A stretch of DNA of 64,000 bases, taken from NCBI GenBank assembly GCA_050084985.1, contig JBITNC010000001.1:9238001-9302000 (forward strand), read 5' to 3'. The translations under genes were made by a program, and so were the position numbers. Shown here piece after piece: positions 41,039 to 53,445 of this stretch. The stretch is from Nageia nagi (taxonomy: Eukaryota > Plantae > Pinophyta). Below the pieces are notes generated by a model. That model was not told the origin of the DNA. It did not search any database and worked only from the letters and a program-made list of their open reading frames with translations. The first letter of the stretch is position 1. Each line of letters starts with the position of its first letter.

Positions 41039-44000
41039 AGGATGGCAGGATCAAGCTCTGATACCATTGTAAAATCCCAAATAATTATCCACGTAAATAT
41101 TAGCCAAACAATAAGCAGTAAATATCAAATTATGCCTCTAAGCATGCCATGAACTGATCTAGGGCATCAAACATGCACCAAGAATCCCAACAACTCACTC
41201 TACAAGTCAAATAACACCTTAATTGTCCAACATCACACACAAGGAAGCAAGATTGCATCAACACACCAAAATATGAGACAAGAAATGGAGATCAAATATG
41301 CCACAACTCATTTAATGATGGAATGATGAGTATAATACAATATAGGCCCTTAAGGGCTCAACGTTGGCTTCCAAGGAGCCAACTAGGGTACATTGATGTG
41401 CAGATATGAACTCTGATGCACATATGTTGTAGAACGACCACACTCTATCACATTTGTGGACGCCTCACTAAAGGGCTTCGTCATAGGCTAGCTCCTAGTG
41501 AAGAGAACAAGTGTGATTTCGGAATACCATTGGATGGATTCAAAGGTGCAGATTGCTATGGACGCCTTAGGGTAGGGCAACCTCATAGCACATGCATTCA
41601 CCTCAATCGCTAGTCAGAAGGTATTCCAAGCCTCCTGGACTCTCCCTGGTCTACATGCCCAAGGGTGCTTGACGTCGCCAAGAATTGAGAAGCTCCAAAG
41701 AGTAAAAAGGGTTTCAATATAATAATCAACATATCTATACAATTATGTGAATCTCCTTTATATAGTTATCTCCCAGATCTCACCTAGGAATCATGCACAT
41801 GCCTCTCTAATCCAACATTGCCTAGGGATGCCAATAATCACATTTAGTGGTCCACATTACAATATCCAATGGCTAGATATGCAATGCCTCATTATTGGAG
41901 ACTAATATTGCATTTACAATTATTAATTGGCCTTGGAATTATGTATTACAACTCATACAAGTGGCTCCCATTATTACTATGATAAAACACACTAAATCTT
42001 CTCTTAATTACCAAGGTCACACCTAAATACAATCCATAACTAACTCATATCCCAAGGATAGGGACCTCACACTTCAAGGGGTCAATATAGAGATGTTCTT
42101 GGATTTTTGTGCGTGGACATGGTATGAAAGACTATTCCCACTAGCAAACTTCAAGAGGCCATAACTCTTTCGTTTCCTGATGAAACTATGTCGTATAACT
42201 TGTCAAAATGCTTCCCACGAGTTGCTCTATCCAATGAAGAAGTCTAATCAACCATCCAAAACTTGTGGCAAACTTTATTTCCAAAAAGCGAACACCTAGG
42301 ATCCCAAATTTCACCAATCTAACCCAAAAGGGCATGTTACAGGTTTAGCTTGTATTTGTAGAGCTTTGGAAGTTTTTTTATGCCATTTTTCAACATCTTA
42401 TTTTCCACACTCATCTCCTTTTTTCTTTTGCCACATTCATCTCCATTTCTCTCTTTTTTCTCATCTCCTTTTTTTTTCTCAAATCCTTTTTTCTCTTTTT
42501 AGGGAGGAAAATATAGAAAACCAACGCCTACCTTGAAGAGGGATCTTCTTGGTGTGTTTGGGGAACCTTCAAGAGCAAATATGCTTAATTTTTTATCTCA
42601 AACAATACCCATGTTTTTGTTTTTGGATTGTGCAACTTGGAAAATTTGGAAATTTTGACCTCATAGGCTTGCTAGGTGCATATTTTCCATTTTTACTCAT
42701 GTTACCATAGCTAGAAAATCAGCGGCTAGCTCCCTTTTGTATACTTTTTCCTTTTCTCGAAAATTTCCAAGGCCAATGTGTGTGTATTTGCATTCTCTTG
42801 ATGCACATGCTTTCAATTTTCGATTTTGACCAAGATTGAACCCTTCTTTTGTTAGGTGCAAGTTTTCTCTCTTTGCTTGGGGTGAGAAAAGGTAGAAAAC
42901 TTGGAAAACATGCATGTAGGTAGGGAGAGAGGAGTTTTGGCCATTTTGAGGTGCTTCTTTGAGCAAACTTGCTTGTTTTTCATAGCTCTAAAATACCCAT
43001 ATGCCACAAACTTGATAGTTTGACCTTTTTTAGGCACACAAGCATGCTAGGTACATGATTTCTAATCTTGAGGGGAAAACATGGAAAATCAGCACCTACC
43101 TAGAAGAGGGGTAATTTTGGTGTATTTTGATTGACCTTAAGAGCAAAGATGCTTGATTTTTGATAATCAACAATACCCATATGCCACAATTTTGCTCCAT
43201 CAATTTGCAAATTTCGAAATTTTGTTGTGCATAGGCTGACTTGCTGGACATTATCCCTCTTTGGATGAGAAAACATGGAAAATCAACGCCTAGGGATGGA
43301 ATGAGCATGATAGTAGGAAATAAAAAATGTCCAAGTCTAAATGTGATTTCTTTTTCAAGCTCCTCTTGAGGGTATTCTCACATTTTGCATCAAATTTGGA
43401 CAAAAACTTCATCTTTTTTTTTAGGCTCACTTCAACTCTCCTTGAAGTCAACGATACCATAAAAGCTGATTTTAATCCTCTACAGAGCATCTTTGATCCT
43501 TTTCACAAAGTTCCAATCCCAAATATGTCTGATTTTGTCTTTTCTACAATCTCATGCTATAAAGTCTTGAATTTACCATGAAATCTCATCTTATATCTTC
43601 AACATGTGTAACTCTTCATCCCTTGACCATTTTTTAGAGCAAAGGTATTTAATTTCCCATTTTGTGCTTAGCCCATCTTCAGAACTGTGCTCACTGCTTA
43701 GAAACACCATTCTTCAGAATTAGAGATCCTGAAGGCTCCAAAAATGGACAGTCTGACACGCTGAACTGTCTCACAACATCCCATGAATAGACTTTGTGCA
43801 CCATTTTTAGAAATAGCATCCTTATTGAAACACTCATGATCAATCCTCTGTCATTCCAGTCGACTCCCTTCACTGTCTTGCTCAAAACGTGGGTCTCTAG
43901 ATTTGCAAAAATAGAGTCCCCAAAATCTTGTATTTTGGGGTGTGTTATGCGGGCATAACAAGTTTGTGTAATCCATCATTGAGCTGAACATGTTCTTAAC

Positions 44001-44116
44001 TTTCTTTAGGGAGTAGAAATATGATTTTGATGTAAGCTTTTATCAATGCATTGGCGATTCGTTCCTTTGTACCTCTCATATAGGAAATATAGGTGATACC
44101 TATGTTTACATCATTG

Positions 44117-46270
44117 TTTTTTTTTTTTGATGGTTAAATAAATATTCTATTGAATCAGAAAAGAGTGTACATAGAAACTAAGTGCCTGTAAAGCCTGAAT
44201 ATACAAAATTTGGCATGTGGAGCTCACAGGCTGGGCGATGATTTTTACTGTCATTATAGCAGGGTGGTTTCCAGCTACAGGAACTGTAGCAGGGATTGGT
44301 GAGGCCCAAGTGATCAGATTTGTATCTGTAGCTACTATATATTTGTAACGGTTTGCTGTCCTAACATTGTGATGGAACTAGGATGACTTAGTTGCGGAGG
44401 AGTCTTGAGATTTGAAACGCCAGGCTGAGAGAATTGGCTGCCAGGGTCGAAGATTTGAGAGTTCAGAACATGAAACTTCATTTAAATCAGCGTGAGCCAT
44501 CCAAATATTAGCTAGGTGGTGGCTTATTTTGTCCCAAACTTTATCTGCAGATTGAGGTGTTCCTCGGAATATTCTGTTGTTTCTCTCCAACCAGATGTTC
44601 CAGGCTATCATGGCTGGAGCTGCACACCAAATCAGCAAAGGTATTTTCCTGGATTTTGGATAGGACCATGCTGAAAGAAGACCACCCATATCTGCTGGTA
44701 ACACCCAAGATAGAGAGAAGATATGGAGAAACGTACTCCAGATGGTTGAAGCGTAAGGGCAGTGGAGGAGAAGGTGAACCCCTGTCTCTTCTGCCTCTCC
44801 ACACAGCACACATTTTGAAATCTCTGGCCAGCCACGTTTGAAAAGTTGATCTCCAGCAAGAAATTTGCCATGGACTGCCGCCCAAAGGAAGAATTGCGCT
44901 TTAGACCAGGCATTGGTTTTCCAAACTCTCGTCCACACTCTCGGATTCCCCCGGGCTTGTGTTGGTTCATCCAAGTATAGGTAAGCTGATTTGACAGAGT
45001 AGATTCCTGATTTAGTTGGTGACCAAATGATATGGTCTGCCTTAGCAGGCTTGAGCTGGTATAAGAGCAGTAACTCTTCTAGTGCACGTTGCTCCTCACT
45101 ATGATTACTAGTTGGCAAAGGTAGCCTCTTCCATTTTGGGACCCTGCTTCCATTTTCATATGCCCAATCATAATAACCAGAAATCTGATCACCCCAAAGC
45201 TGTTTTAGGATGTGTTTAATATGTGTAAACTGATCATGTTGGGATAGTGGTATCTCTAACAGCCAGGCATCTTCCCATAAATCAACCTTCTGACCCACTC
45301 CCATATCCCATTTCTGAAAACGAAGCATTAATGAGCAAGCTTTCCTAAGACCGTTCCAGATCATAGACCCATGATGACAGTTTTGGGCAGTGAAAATTCT
45401 TACCGGATCTAATTGGTCTAGATACTTTGTTCTCAGAGCTAAGCTCCACACTGAGTTGGGATTGCTATAACATCTCCATACAAGTTTGCCCAAAAGAGCC
45501 TTGTTCATTGTGCGCAGACATTTGATTCCTAGGCCCCTGCTTTTGAGTTAGAACACACAATTTTCCATTCCACAAGATGAAATTTCTTATCTTCAGAGGA
45601 TCCCTGCCAAAGAAAGTTCCTCATGATCCTCTCTAAGTGGTTTAGAATCTCGTTTGGAATCCAAAAGATACTAATTCAAAAGATGTGGAGAGCGTTCAAC
45701 ACTGATTTAATCTTGACAAGTCTACCTGAGGCAGATAGCCATTTGGTTTTCCAGCTTGCTAATTTGGATAGAAATTTTGCCTTAATGGAGTCCCAAAAAT
45801 TTCCAAGATTGCCACTTTGGAAAAGTGGTAAGCCTAAATAAGTACTAGGCAAGGAGTCTTGAGTCATACCAGTGAGTCGAGTCATAAGCCATAGAAAGGG
45901 AGGGGGCATGTTTACACCATACAATTTGGATTTGGTGTAGTGTACAGCTTGACCAGGAGCTATTTCGTAGGTATTGAGCAACCTCTTTAATTTATGAATT
46001 TCTTGGATGGATGGATACATTGTGAGAAGTGTATCATCAGCAAATTGTGACTGGGTGATTGGAGGGCATGAATTGGTGATTCGGAGACCTTTGATCTGCC
46101 CTGAGTGTTGCAAATGACTTAGACCCCTACCTAGAATCTCAGCCACAACGATGAATAAGTAAGGTGAGAGGGGGTCACCTTGGCGAAGGCCTTGAGAGCT
46201 CTTAAAAAAAACCTTGTGCACTGCCATTGATAAGAATTGAGAAAGATGGGTTGCCAATAAGAGCAGAAAT
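44117..46270 (-). mobile_element. L1 LINE 3' part: RT C-half, zf-RVT, 3' UTR, poly(A)
   Basis: SFSILING, GLRQGDPLSPYLF, QFADDTLL, YLGLP, CVLC...E...HLLLHC, WNIWLERNNRIF; T12 tract at 44117-44128. Confidence 0.93.
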
Positions 46271-47265
46271 TGGAATGACTCATTTCTGATTTTTACACAA
46301 CAATTGGATACTCAAACACAGAAATTAGCACAAATGTTGCGCCGCAATTAGAAAAATCAGTCAGGATAGAATTGTATTAATTTTTGAATGGATATAATGA
46401 AAGAACATCCATATGGTACTCAAATATGAACATAAAATGAACCGGAAAACTCCCTAGAGTGGGATAAACCCCCCTTAGGGTTTCTTTTAAGTCAAAAAAA
46501 CACAAAAATCTGGCTGAATATTGCTCACAAAGCTGGATATCCCTTCTAGGGCAGCAAGGGCACAAAACACAATAGCAAAAATCACCACAAACTGGTTGGA
46601 TTTCTTCCACAGCAATTTCAAGTGACTGAGGGCACATCTTCTTAGTTTGCAAATGCAACAGCAAGGTTCATCTCTTGTCAACTACAAATGCCTCCAACAG
46701 AGCTAGGGCACATCTCCTAAACAATGGTGGAGTTTGAGTGGGGCGCAACCTTCCTCAAGAAACCTAGGGTTTCAGATACAAAGTCATATAATAGCAAATA
46801 CATATATCAAAATGGGATGCTCTATCCTCTTATATAGCTTGAGGATCTAATTTCAAGTTGACATCCCCAAACCCTAATTTGACTTAAATTGCCTTATTAC
46901 AACATAAAGAAATAAAACATAAATGAAAATAACTTAATGTTATGTCTCCTAGTCACATGAGCCCCTTTTCGCTTTCATGATTAAGTGTAGGAGGCATTTA
47001 CAAAAATATTTATTTTTGGGACATTATAGAAAAATCCAGTTGATCCAACCATTTGTGAACCCCAATTTCTGGAGGAAATGGTGTTTGGACCAGGGGGTAC
47101 ATCTGGCCCCCTGAAACTTCATCCTATCGTGATGCAGTGAGACAAAGTGCACCAAACCCTAGCCATGGTCCGATTTCCCACCCCAAATTCCGCAAAGTTT
47201 GATGGATAGCCAACGATCAATGTAAAACTGAATTGGGATGTTTGAAGGCCACAACTGAGACCCCA
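46271..47265. mobile_element. Probable solo LTR (about 1 kb) at the L1 inversion junction
   Basis: TG...CA flanked by GAAAT on both sides; non-coding, TATA-like motif near 46830. Right end uncertain (47253 or 47265). Confidence 0.55.
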
Positions 47266-48842
47266 GAAATCATAGTAAGAAGCGAGAAAGTTAAGCGAGG
47301 TGTTGAAATGCCTGAATCTTGTGGGCTCATATACAAGTTTTTGAGCATCCATATGCCTCCAAGGGCGATCAAAGAATGGGTCTCCCATGCATGGGAAACT
47401 AGAGGTGAGGTTTCCTTAAGTTTCTTTTCTAATGGATTTTTCTTGGCACTTTTTGCTACTGAGATAGATAAAGATATGGTGTTCCAAGGAGGCCCTTGTT
47501 TTCAGGGAAAAGCAGGTCTTTTCACGAAACCATGGCATAAGGGTTTTAAACCAGATGAGGAAACCCCATCATCTGCACCAGTATGGGTCAGACTACTTGA
47601 TATGCCACTAGAACATTGGAATGAAGACACATTCGAACTCATAGGGAATACTTTAGGTACATTTATGGGGATTTCTGAGAAAACTACAGAGTTTGAAACT
47701 GTTACTTATGCTTGCATTTGTGTCCAGTTTAACCTTCATTCTCCATTACCTGCCCAAGTTAAAATAAACCTCCCTGATGAAGACTTGTCTTGGGTTCAAG
47801 CTCTAGACTATGAAAATATTCCTTTTCGTTGTCGAGTGTGTACTGAGTATGGACATCTTGCCCATGCTTGCCCTTTCTCTCAAGCACTAGCATCTACCGT
47901 GGAAGGAAACACAAAAGGCTTCCAAACTACTAAGCGCAGACCCCAGCAAGTAAGGAGACACAACCCCTCTCTCTCCAATGGAGAATCAAGTCGTTTCCAT
48001 ATCTTACAACTAAATGATCAGGTTGAAGGCACAGAGCCTACCCTCCCAGAAACTCAGGCTAGTACACAGAAGAAAGAAGTACTCATGGCAACATATATCA
48101 AGTCAGACAAGCAAGACAATAATCTACATGGGGACAGCTTTCAGGACAACCTCTCTCTTTCCCACAAGCCTCAACCAGTTCAAGCAAATTTCGCCCATAC
48201 CCACGAGTCTCCATCAGCCCAGGAAAATCCCTCTCATACACAAACGATTCAACCAGACTGGGATTTTCCCCTCCAAGAAATGGATATCAACATGGAAGAC
48301 TTCCATAGCAAACAACTAGCTGATGCAATCGCAGATGACAATCTTGTTATGGGCTCCTTTGGCTATTTTCAAAAATATGCCTTAAAGGGCCCAACAATAA
48401 AACAGAGCATTAATTCTTTGCGAGTAACAAACTCAGGTAAGGGAAGAAAGAAAGGCCGACCCCCAAATAATGTGAAACAAACACAAGCAGCATTAGCAGG
48501 TATTGAGGAAGGTAGTCAGGCTCAAATAGCGCACATTTTGGCTGCCAAAATACCTCATGTTTCCCCTTGGAATACCAGGGGTCTTCACGATCCTACCAAA
48601 TATAGAAAGGTAAGAGCTCTAGTTCGCCTAGTTAAACCTTCTGCTCTTTTGATTCAGGAATCAAAAATGTTGGCATCAGATGTTGACAAGTTTCGGATGA
48701 AATTTTGGCCAAGAAGCTTCTTTTTTGCAAGTGACTCTAATGGTCAATCAGGTGGATTGATCTTCTTACGGGACAACTCCAAGTTATCTTGCTCACTTGA
48801 TTTTGTAGGTGCCTCATGGATGGCAGTCTTAGCCCAAAGTTC
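47266..48842 (+). mobile_element. L1 LINE 5' part, inverted: ORF1 (DUF4283, zinc knuckle) and start of ORF2 endonuclease
   Basis: PVWVRLLDMPLEHW, YENIPFRCRVCTEYGHLAHAC, WNTRGL, LIQESK, GQSGGL. Confidence 0.9.
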
Positions 48843-51443
48843 TAAGGTTTATCGGTCGATTAATTTAAAGAAAGTTCAATGCCCTGTATGTCAGGATTTT
48901 AGAATACAAGGACACTACACCAAAAGTTACCATAATGTGCCTATCGATGACCTTGCAGTTCTTTGACTTTCTCACAAATTATTCTGAGTTCTTTGTAAGT
49001 GACATTATTTGATCAACCAAGTGCTTAAAGTTTCTCATCTACCAAATATTTAGCAAGTTCATATTGTAGGATGGTGATGTTAATGGATGAGGAAGAATAC
49101 AAATTTGCAATACTTCCTGCTTCCTGTTCTATCTTGCTTTAGTTTCAACCTGATTTCTCGCTTTTGACTGATTGAATACATGGTGTGAAATATCCAAACT
49201 GTGTTCTTCTCAGTCCAGAATCAAATGGCAAAGGGCTTATGTCAGGAAAAGGAATCAATTTGAGCAGTCTGATAAAATAGAAGTTCTTGAGTCCAAATGT
49301 AACTAATCTAAAGTTTTTTTGGTGGCCTATGAATCTTATATTCTATTTCTTAAGATTGTTAGATAGCAAGTGTAACTGAAGTGAAGACCAAGGGTCATTT
49401 CCAGCCTCCATAATAGGATAGCATCATAGTATTTTGGTGTATATAGCTAGGTTTTTGTGGAGCTTGTTTTCCTTATTGTTTTTAGTAAAAGTTAATATAA
49501 GGCAGGCATTGATGTTTTGTGTTGTGTTACAAACTCTTATGTTTATGCATTGAGTGCTTTGTGATATGTTTTTTCTAAAGGTGTAAATGAGTGGTATTGT
49601 TTTGAGAAGACAAAGTGGTATTTTTAGGGCCTCATATATCTTTGTCACCACAATTGCATCTGGGCTTATACATTCATGGTCTTCTCATCTAGTGATGATA
49701 CTTTGATAGTCTTCTTACTCGGTTGACAATCTTGTTCATGGGGTTCACATTGAGTATCTTGTAGCTTACTATGGATACAAGAGGTCAAACATTTTTGTAT
49801 GGTATTCATGATTGTTGAGAACCATTGTCACATTCCTTTGTTTCTGTGATGATGACAATATTCTACATGTTTTTCAATTGTTTAGCACCACACTTCTTTA
49901 TTGGAAATCTTACTCCTTGGTGGTCTAGCATTCTTCAATACTCACATTACCTTTGTTTGCTTTGAGGGTGACAATATTATGCATGCTTTTTAATTCTTTT
50001 AGTACCACTTCTTTATTGGAAATGTTGCTTTGGGATGGTCTAGCCTTCTTTAATACTTAGTACACAGTCCTGGAGAATATTTTCCATTACATTTTCAGGA
50101 AGGGATTTGATAGCTGCCTCAATACCCCAAATAAATATTTCGTAAGGATGGTGCTTGGTAGTGACTATGTTATACCTTCATGATCTACATTGTAATATAA
50201 GGATCTTGCACAAACCAATAATACTAAAAATCTTATTGTTTAACAAGGTATTGGGCTAAATTTATAACATTCTCCCTTTGAATTAATGCTAAACATACCT
50301 ATGGTTGTGGATTCTTGGAACTTAGATGTCCAACACAATCCAATACAAGTTTTAGACCAAAGAATTCAACCATTGATCTTTTGGTAATGCTTAAGAGTAG
50401 CTATTTATAAAATATGGCGAAAAAGTAATGCTACTTGTTTATGCTTAGTAGATTTTGCTAAGGTTTTTTGACTCATTGCCAAGAAACTTACAGGAAAAGA
50501 TGGTGGAATTTATAGTTTCTATCAAGTGGATATCAGTAAATTTGCACCTTGTTGGGGGCTTTTTCTTTCCTACCCTGCTGATAGGCAATTTAGCTTGCAA
50601 GGCTTATGGAAGACACCAACACCTAGGTGGTAGGGCGTGACCCCTACCCGCTATGAGAACTGGTTACCTCAAAGGTCTCATGATGAGATGTGCAATAAGT
50701 TACTCAGGAGATTGGTTAAGATGTTTAAAGTTGTTTCCAACTCAAATGTACTTTGTTAATCAAGGACTCAAAGTGTCCCTATCTTTAGAAAATGGTTATT
50801 TATAAAAAAAAGGTAAAAATCGGGTTGCAAAAGCCGCAAAAAAAAGTGAAAAATAAAAGAAAAAGGTAGATTAGATGATGGTATATGAGCTGGACGCAAG
50901 TGCGTATGGTCTCGCCAACTGGTGTAAGGATTGGGATCTACTTCCTTAGAGCTTGATACAAGTTCCACACACTACTTATCCTTATCACTAGCCAACTACA
51001 CGAATGGACTAGTGCAAGGAGCAACTTGAAATGAACCAAGCAACTTGAGCAAAATAAGATAGCAATATCATTCATCCACTGGATTCAATAATGCATTCAA
51101 CACACTTTCATGGTTTCCATAATGAGATCATTCACCATTCAATTGCTTGAGATAATACCACATTCACAAATGGAGCAACTTGTATAATTGGAAGTAAAAG
51201 TTAAGTTTCTCACAAGTGCAAAAAATGTCTAATCCTCCCCTTACAAATGAGCCTATGAAGGGTACTTATAGGTTTCAAAGCACATATCATTAAATGTGGC
51301 ATTGCCCTACAACAACAAAAACCCTAAACTAACGTAACAGAAAGCTCATGAGGTAACTGAAGAGCCATACAAGTTTTGACACTTACTGACAAAAGCATCA
51401 AATGAAAATTACTCTACTTATGCATTTTATCATATTTGAAAGG

Positions 51444-52040
51444 TCATCCTTTCAGTAGCTGACTCCACTCAGCATTTGTAATGCCGAAATTCCTATAGCC
51501 GTGGTTGATGAACGTGAGCTTGAGAAACTCTCCTTGTAGCACCTTAAGCATCAAATTGATCTTATGGCAGTATCTGTCTATTACTTTAGAAGTCTACTCC
51601 ATCTTATTCCACCAAATGGTTAATGACCTGTCATGCTCAATAACTTTGTCTTTCCTGATGAGGTTGATGTCCTTAATCTGCAAGAGTTCTTCAATCGGGT
51701 TCTTGGTCTCTTGGATGACCTCATCTGCATTCCTAGCTTGACCATCTTCATTGTACGGCTCAGGTGTTTCTGGAAAATAGTGCAACCTATCTTGGGATTT
51801 CTCTTTCTCTGGCCTTTGTTGCTCCTACTGGAAAGCAACCCTGGATCATGCAGCTAATCAAATGTATCCTTTCAAGCGTATCGTATATTTTGAAAATGAT
51901 GCTTTGGTTTCCTGATCTGCTCTACTTGCTTGTTGCATTTGAGTGGGAACATGCGACCCATATTACCTTTCGAAAAGTCCTCAAATATAGCCTCAAATTG
52001 TTTCCCTAGGCCTTTGTTGTCATCTGGCAAGATTTCATGA
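51444..52040 (-). pseudogene. C-terminal remnant of LTR-borne accessory protein (second copy about 62037-62650)
   Basis: NPIEELLQIKDINL...IWWNKME*TSKVIDRY...FGITNAEWS aligns with NLIQEHLEVNDFNL...IWRH*M*ATSKKIESY...YGLTSKEWN at 34540-34795. Confidence 0.7.
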
Positions 52041-52049
52041 AGTTGAAAC

Positions 52050-53445
52050 ACCTCTCTTGGTCGCACGGTTTTACTCTTAAGGCTTAGTCACTTGATTCCA
52101 ATCATGCGACTTCCTACAACCTCAACGTTCCTCTATATAGCCTTTTCATATCACTTGTCAACAATATGGAAACTACCCATGTGTCGGATCTCTAGGTTGC
52201 ACATTTTGATGGTCATACATTGGTCGCTTAGTTTGATGGTCATGCAACTTGCATATTGGTGGAAATATGCGACCACCCTTTTGTCACTTGAAAATGGCAT
52301 AAAATGAAGTCCCCTCTTGCTTTTACAGGTTTTTGATACCACTGGTCACTTCTATGCTAACTGGAGTTCCTTTGTAGCTTAGTCGCATGGTTCATGCCTT
52401 GGTTGCTCAGTTTCATGTGCATGCATCTTGCATTGAGGCTGAAGCATGCGATCACCCCTTTTACGACTTAGAATTTGCACAATGTGAGAACCCCACCTTT
52501 TATAGGTTCTGATGCCACTTGTCACTTCCTGGCTAATTGGGTCCCTTTTTCAACTTGGTCTTGCGTTTTTGACATGATGCCTTGGTCACACATTTTAGAA
52601 GGCATGCCTTAGTCGCGCTTTTTAGAGGGATTGCCTTAGTCGCGCTTTTTAGAGGGAATGCCTTGGTCACTTGTTTTAAGAAACATGCCTATTCCATCTT
52701 CCTCAAAACATGCTACCAACTAATTTGAGTATGCCTTGGTCGCGCATTTCAGACATGATGCCTTGGTCACTCATTTTAAAGGGAATGCCTTGGTTGTGCG
52801 TTTTAAGAGACATGCCTATTCCATCTTCCTCAAAACATGTGACCAACTAATTTGAGTATGCCTTGGTCGTGCATTTCGGACATTATGCCTTAGTCGCGCA
52901 TTTCGGAGGGAATGCCTTGGTTGTGCATTTTAAGAGACATGCCTATTCCATCTTCCTCAAAACATGTGACCAACTAATTTGAGTATATCATGGTCATGCG
53001 TTTTAGAGGGAATGCCTTGGTCGCACGGTTTGAAGGTGATGCAAATTGCATTGTAGTGAAAACATGCAACCAACTAAAACCTTGCATTTTTCTTGCTCAA
53101 ATGGGGTTCAAGCTTCCTTTTATGGATTCATGAGACATGTGTCACCTTCCAATGCTCCTCTAGGTTCATTCTTTCTAGGTCGCACGGTTTAGAGGGAATG
53201 CCTTGGTCGCACTGTTTGAAGGTGATGCAAATTGCATCCTAGTGAAAACATGTGATCAAGCCTAAACTTCACATTTTTTTGCAAATTCCACTTTTTGAGC
53301 CTTGTTTGTGACCTTCTAAATGATTGGGACCTATCATGGCCTTGTTCACTTACTTGTTTTAGGTCTATGGTGTTTTAGGGTCATATTTGGGTCACAAAGT
53401 TTTGGAAGATGACTTCTTGCATTAGGATGAAAACATGCGACCTAT
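52050..53445. repeat. Array of GGTCGC-N41-GCGACC dyads and 24-bp subrepeats in Tat LTR (also about 62500-63950)
   Basis: Dyads at 52059/52106, 52222/52269, 53019/53066, 53390/53437 and others. Confidence 0.85.

Larger units (their letters stand above)
30267..42341 (-). mobile_element. Non-autonomous LTR element without pol (LARD-like, about 5.65 kb net), probably chromovirus-derived
   Basis: LTRs 30267-31549 and 41068-42341; exact TSD GGTTT. Met PBS gctctgatacca 41055-41066, PPT 31550-31562. Interior ends in LQLLEGKQF next to the PPT; no RT or INT motifs. Confidence 0.92.
25822..43960 (-). mobile_element. Giant solo LTR C (about 3.85 kb net), Tat-like family, carrying two nested elements
   Basis: TGCTGTG...TGTTATGCGGGCATAACA; TSD AGTTG/AGTTT. 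Left end shares the family motif (acacgttacttat...aaggactgattacc). Sequence rejoins across both inserts. Confidence 0.75.
2658..49090 (+). pseudogene. Candidate multi-exon host gene or pseudogene with TE-inflated introns; family not identified
   Basis: Candidate exons: 2658-2714, 18207-18245, 18325-18384, 20354-20405, 20693-20722, 21386-21433 (GC donor), 21659-21729, 44010-44031, 48959-48994, 49070 onward. Most are bounded by pyrimidine tract+AG and GT. Joined frame reads ...LLSAESNPSFETIACCLDSNDDRNKVPICEILGTDIFPMSGCKLRTTSLGMLT*EIWEMDKMQRA*RE*KYDFDFFDFLTNYSEFFDGDVNG*. All three frames contain stops. Confidence 0.45.

Noticed and set aside
47233-48966. 577-aa ORF as a host gene
   Set aside because: Composite of insert sequence, L1 ORF1, EN start and read-through into flanking DNA.
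52540-53260. Repeat-spacer-like pattern resembling a CRISPR array
   Set aside because: Eukaryotic LTR context, degenerate units with related spacers, no cas genes.
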